Program-made: the position numbers and the translations under genes | Part shown: in pieces, positions 62,447-64,000 of the stretch | How the letters are laid out: each line of letters opens with the position of its first letter | Numbering within the stretch: the first letter of the stretch is position 1 | Notes under the pieces: model-generated | Told to the model about the DNA's origin: nothing | What the model saw: the letters and a program-made list of their open reading frames with translations, nothing else | Databases searched by the model: none | Assembly: GCA_022824965.1 (NCBI GenBank) | Contig: JAJDYY010000008.1 | Coordinates: 284-64,283, forward strand | Origin: Gammaproteobacteria bacterium | GTDB lineage: Bacteria > Pseudomonadota > Gammaproteobacteria > UBA4575 | Reading direction: 5' to 3' | DNA: 64,000 bases

Positions 62447-64000
62447 CTAAGGGGTTGCCTGGGGCGGTTCGGAATCCGCAATTTTCTGTGCAACGGGCTC
62501 GATCTGCGGATCGTCCCAGCTTCCGGTCATGTGATACTTCACTTCTACTACCTTGTCCACAACCTTGTCTACATCAATCCCGACTTTTTCGCCGACTTTT
62601 CCCAGTATATAGATGCCTCCCACGCCGACCGGCCCTAGACCAATGCCGAGCCACGGTAGCCCGCCGGTGACGTTCGGAGTCATGGTAATGATCTGGTCGT
62701 AATCCCGGGCCATTATCCCTGTTCTCCCGGCAATCTGCATGTCCGCAGAAGGTCCATCGAAGCGCAGGTCCTCGGTGGTCAGGTTACCGTCCTTGAACAC
62801 GAGCGTGCCGCGTATCTTGTCAAACACATAGCCTTCGGAGAAAAAGTCGGAAAAGTCCAGCGTCAGTCTCCGGGAGATTTCAGCCAGATTGAGCAGCCCG
62901 ACCAGGCGCCCGGCGCCCGGGTCGACCGTGGTGATCTCCCCGTCCTTGAGTCTCAGGGTCACGGTACCCGCAAAAGATTCAAGTGCGAACTGATCCGGCA
63001 TCCCGGGCCAGTTGAGCTTCGCGGAGACCACGCCCTTGCCCTTGCCCACGGCGGTCTCTTGCCCGAACTCGGTCAATGTACCGTGCAGGTCCCGCACGGT
63101 CATCTCAAAGGCCATGTCGGTGTGATGCCTTCCGAGCACATCCACATCCCAGGTCCCGTTGGCTTCGAGCTGGTAACTGTCCCCTTCCATCGCCAGCGAA
63201 TCGATGACCATCCCCTGTGCGGACGGTTCGGTCCTCAGGGTGACATTGTTCATGGAAAGGTCATCCAGCTCGAACACACTGACATGAATATCCAGTGCCG
63301 GAAAATCACGGGGATTGACATCGACAATGAATTCCTCGTCGAAATAGTCGATGTGGAGAAAATCGAGCCTGGCGGCAACCCGGCTTTCGGCATCCGGCTC
63401 CAGCGGGTATTCGAACGTCCCCCGGATCGTCTGCGAGTGGACCACCCCGGCCCAGGATTTCGCATCTTTTTCCAGACTCAGGCTCACATCGGTCAGGGTC
63501 AAATCGGACGAGGAAAAGGTGTTCGCCCGGATATCGACTTCACGCAGCTCCAGGGGCCCTTCCGTGTCGGCGGGCCCGAGCAGTTCCTGCCACCGGCTTA
63601 CGTCCAGTTGCTCGAATTTTCCGGACACCCGGATGCCCTCGGCAGGCAGGTCGAAGCGGTCATCGCCTGCCCGGATTTCCAGTGCGCTGAGCCGTGCGGA
63701 CTCCGCATCCAGCCGGGCTTTTGCAAAAACCCGGTTTCCGTAATTGAATGACAGCGTGTTGCGCTCCCCGGGCTGATAGTGCGAATGCATGTTCAGGGTC
63801 AGGGGCACGCCCGTCTCCTTGCCGAAGGGCTCAGGAAGCGCCAGCACCGTGTCCGTCAGATCACTCTCGATGCGGATTTCCAGAGGCTGTCCCGGCCCTG
63901 CAGCACCGGGTGACGAAAGGTCAATGGTCGCAGACACCGGAACCCTGCCCCGTGCGTGAGGGGCCAGCCAATGCTCATAGGCCTTCAGCCAGGCAGCAAG
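62447..64000 (-). CDS. yhdP: YhdP-like (AsmA2/DUF3971 family) large inner-membrane protein, C-terminal part; gene continues beyond the window edge
   Basis: C-terminal region similarity (GDSYQLEANGTW...TGSWDDPQI). Partial at the window boundary. Confidence 0.75.
   Translation of the reverse strand, partial: LAAWLKAYEHWLAPHARGRVPVSATIDLSSPGAAGPGQPLEIRIESDLTDTVLALPEPFGKETGVPLTLNMHSHYQPGERNTLSFNYGNRVFAKARLDAESARLSALEIRAGDDRFDLPAEGIRVSGKFEQLDVSRWQELLGPADTEGPLELREVDIRANTFSSSDLTLTDVSLSLEKDAKSWAGVVHSQTIRGTFEYPLEPDAESRVAARLDFLHIDYFDEEFIVDVNPRDFPALDIHVSVFELDDLSMNNVTLRTEPSAQGMVIDSLAMEGDSYQLEANGTWDVDVLGRHHTDMAFEMTVRDLHGTLTEFGQETAVGKGKGVVSAKLNWPGMPDQFALESFAGTVTLRLKDGEITTVDPGAGRLVGLLNLAEISRRLTLDFSDFFSEGYVFDKIRGTLVFKDGNLTTEDLRFDGPSADMQIAGRTGIMARDYDQIITMTPNVTGGLPWLGIGLGPVGVGGIYILGKVGEKVGIDVDKVVDKVVEVKYHMTGSWDDPQIEPVAQKIADSEPPQATP

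Noticed and set aside
60456-62450. 664 aa plus-strand ORF
   Set aside because: Antisense to tldD and the carbon-nitrogen hydrolase. The same applies to 16688..18010 (antisense to alaS), 21184..22524 (antisense to mutS), 22582..23862 (antisense to mutS and fdxA), 31969..32967 (antisense to ilvC), 36689..37627 (antisense to acs) and 12909..14018 (antisense to amt).

Overview
This 64 kb window looks like a high-GC (about 60%) gammaproteobacterial chromosome segment with Pseudomonadales-like core synteny. It is almost entirely minus-strand housekeeping genes: msrPQ; amt-csrA-lysC-alaS-recX-recA-pncC divergent from mutS-fdxA; cmoBA-prfC-rimI-udg-leuA; pssA-psd-ilvC-ilvH; tusA, bepA, acs; queCE-cpoB-pal-tolBARQ-ybgC-ruvBAC-yebC; nudB-aspS; acyP, arsC-family, hda, purMN, pmbA-tldD and a partial yhdP. 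Four tRNA genes are present: Arg(TCG), Arg(ACG), Ser(GCT) and Lys(TTT). No transposase, integrase or CRISPR was seen.

Two accessory-looking regions stand out.

1. An ~11.5 kb block lies between two near-identical tandem tRNA-Arg genes (606-682 and 12251-12327). It carries msrPQ, a Sec-signal cysteine-rich small protein, and a tightly coupled four-gene operon: TolC-like outer membrane protein, an HlyD-type membrane fusion protein with an N-terminal PAS domain, an ABC ATPase and a MacB/FtsX-type permease. A TonB-dependent receptor sits just upstream. The arrangement recalls MacAB-TolC export of the disulfide-rich periplasmic peptide STII. A shared 11-mer, GATAGGTCTGG, occurs as 11-bp-phased direct repeats just upstream of the peptide gene and again at the 5' end of the exporter operon.

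2. A small copper-type islet lies next to the 3' end of tRNA-Lys, downstream of acs. It holds a TAT multicopper oxidase translationally coupled to a membrane c-type cytochrome, plus a small GDCCVxC-type Cys-rich protein, preceded by an AT-rich 360 bp spacer.

Other findings: a 31-codon leu leader peptide with an LSLLLL run and an attenuator hairpin upstream of leuA; an ilvH with no adjacent ilvI; and several gene-start ambiguities (recX, queE and the TolC-like gene).
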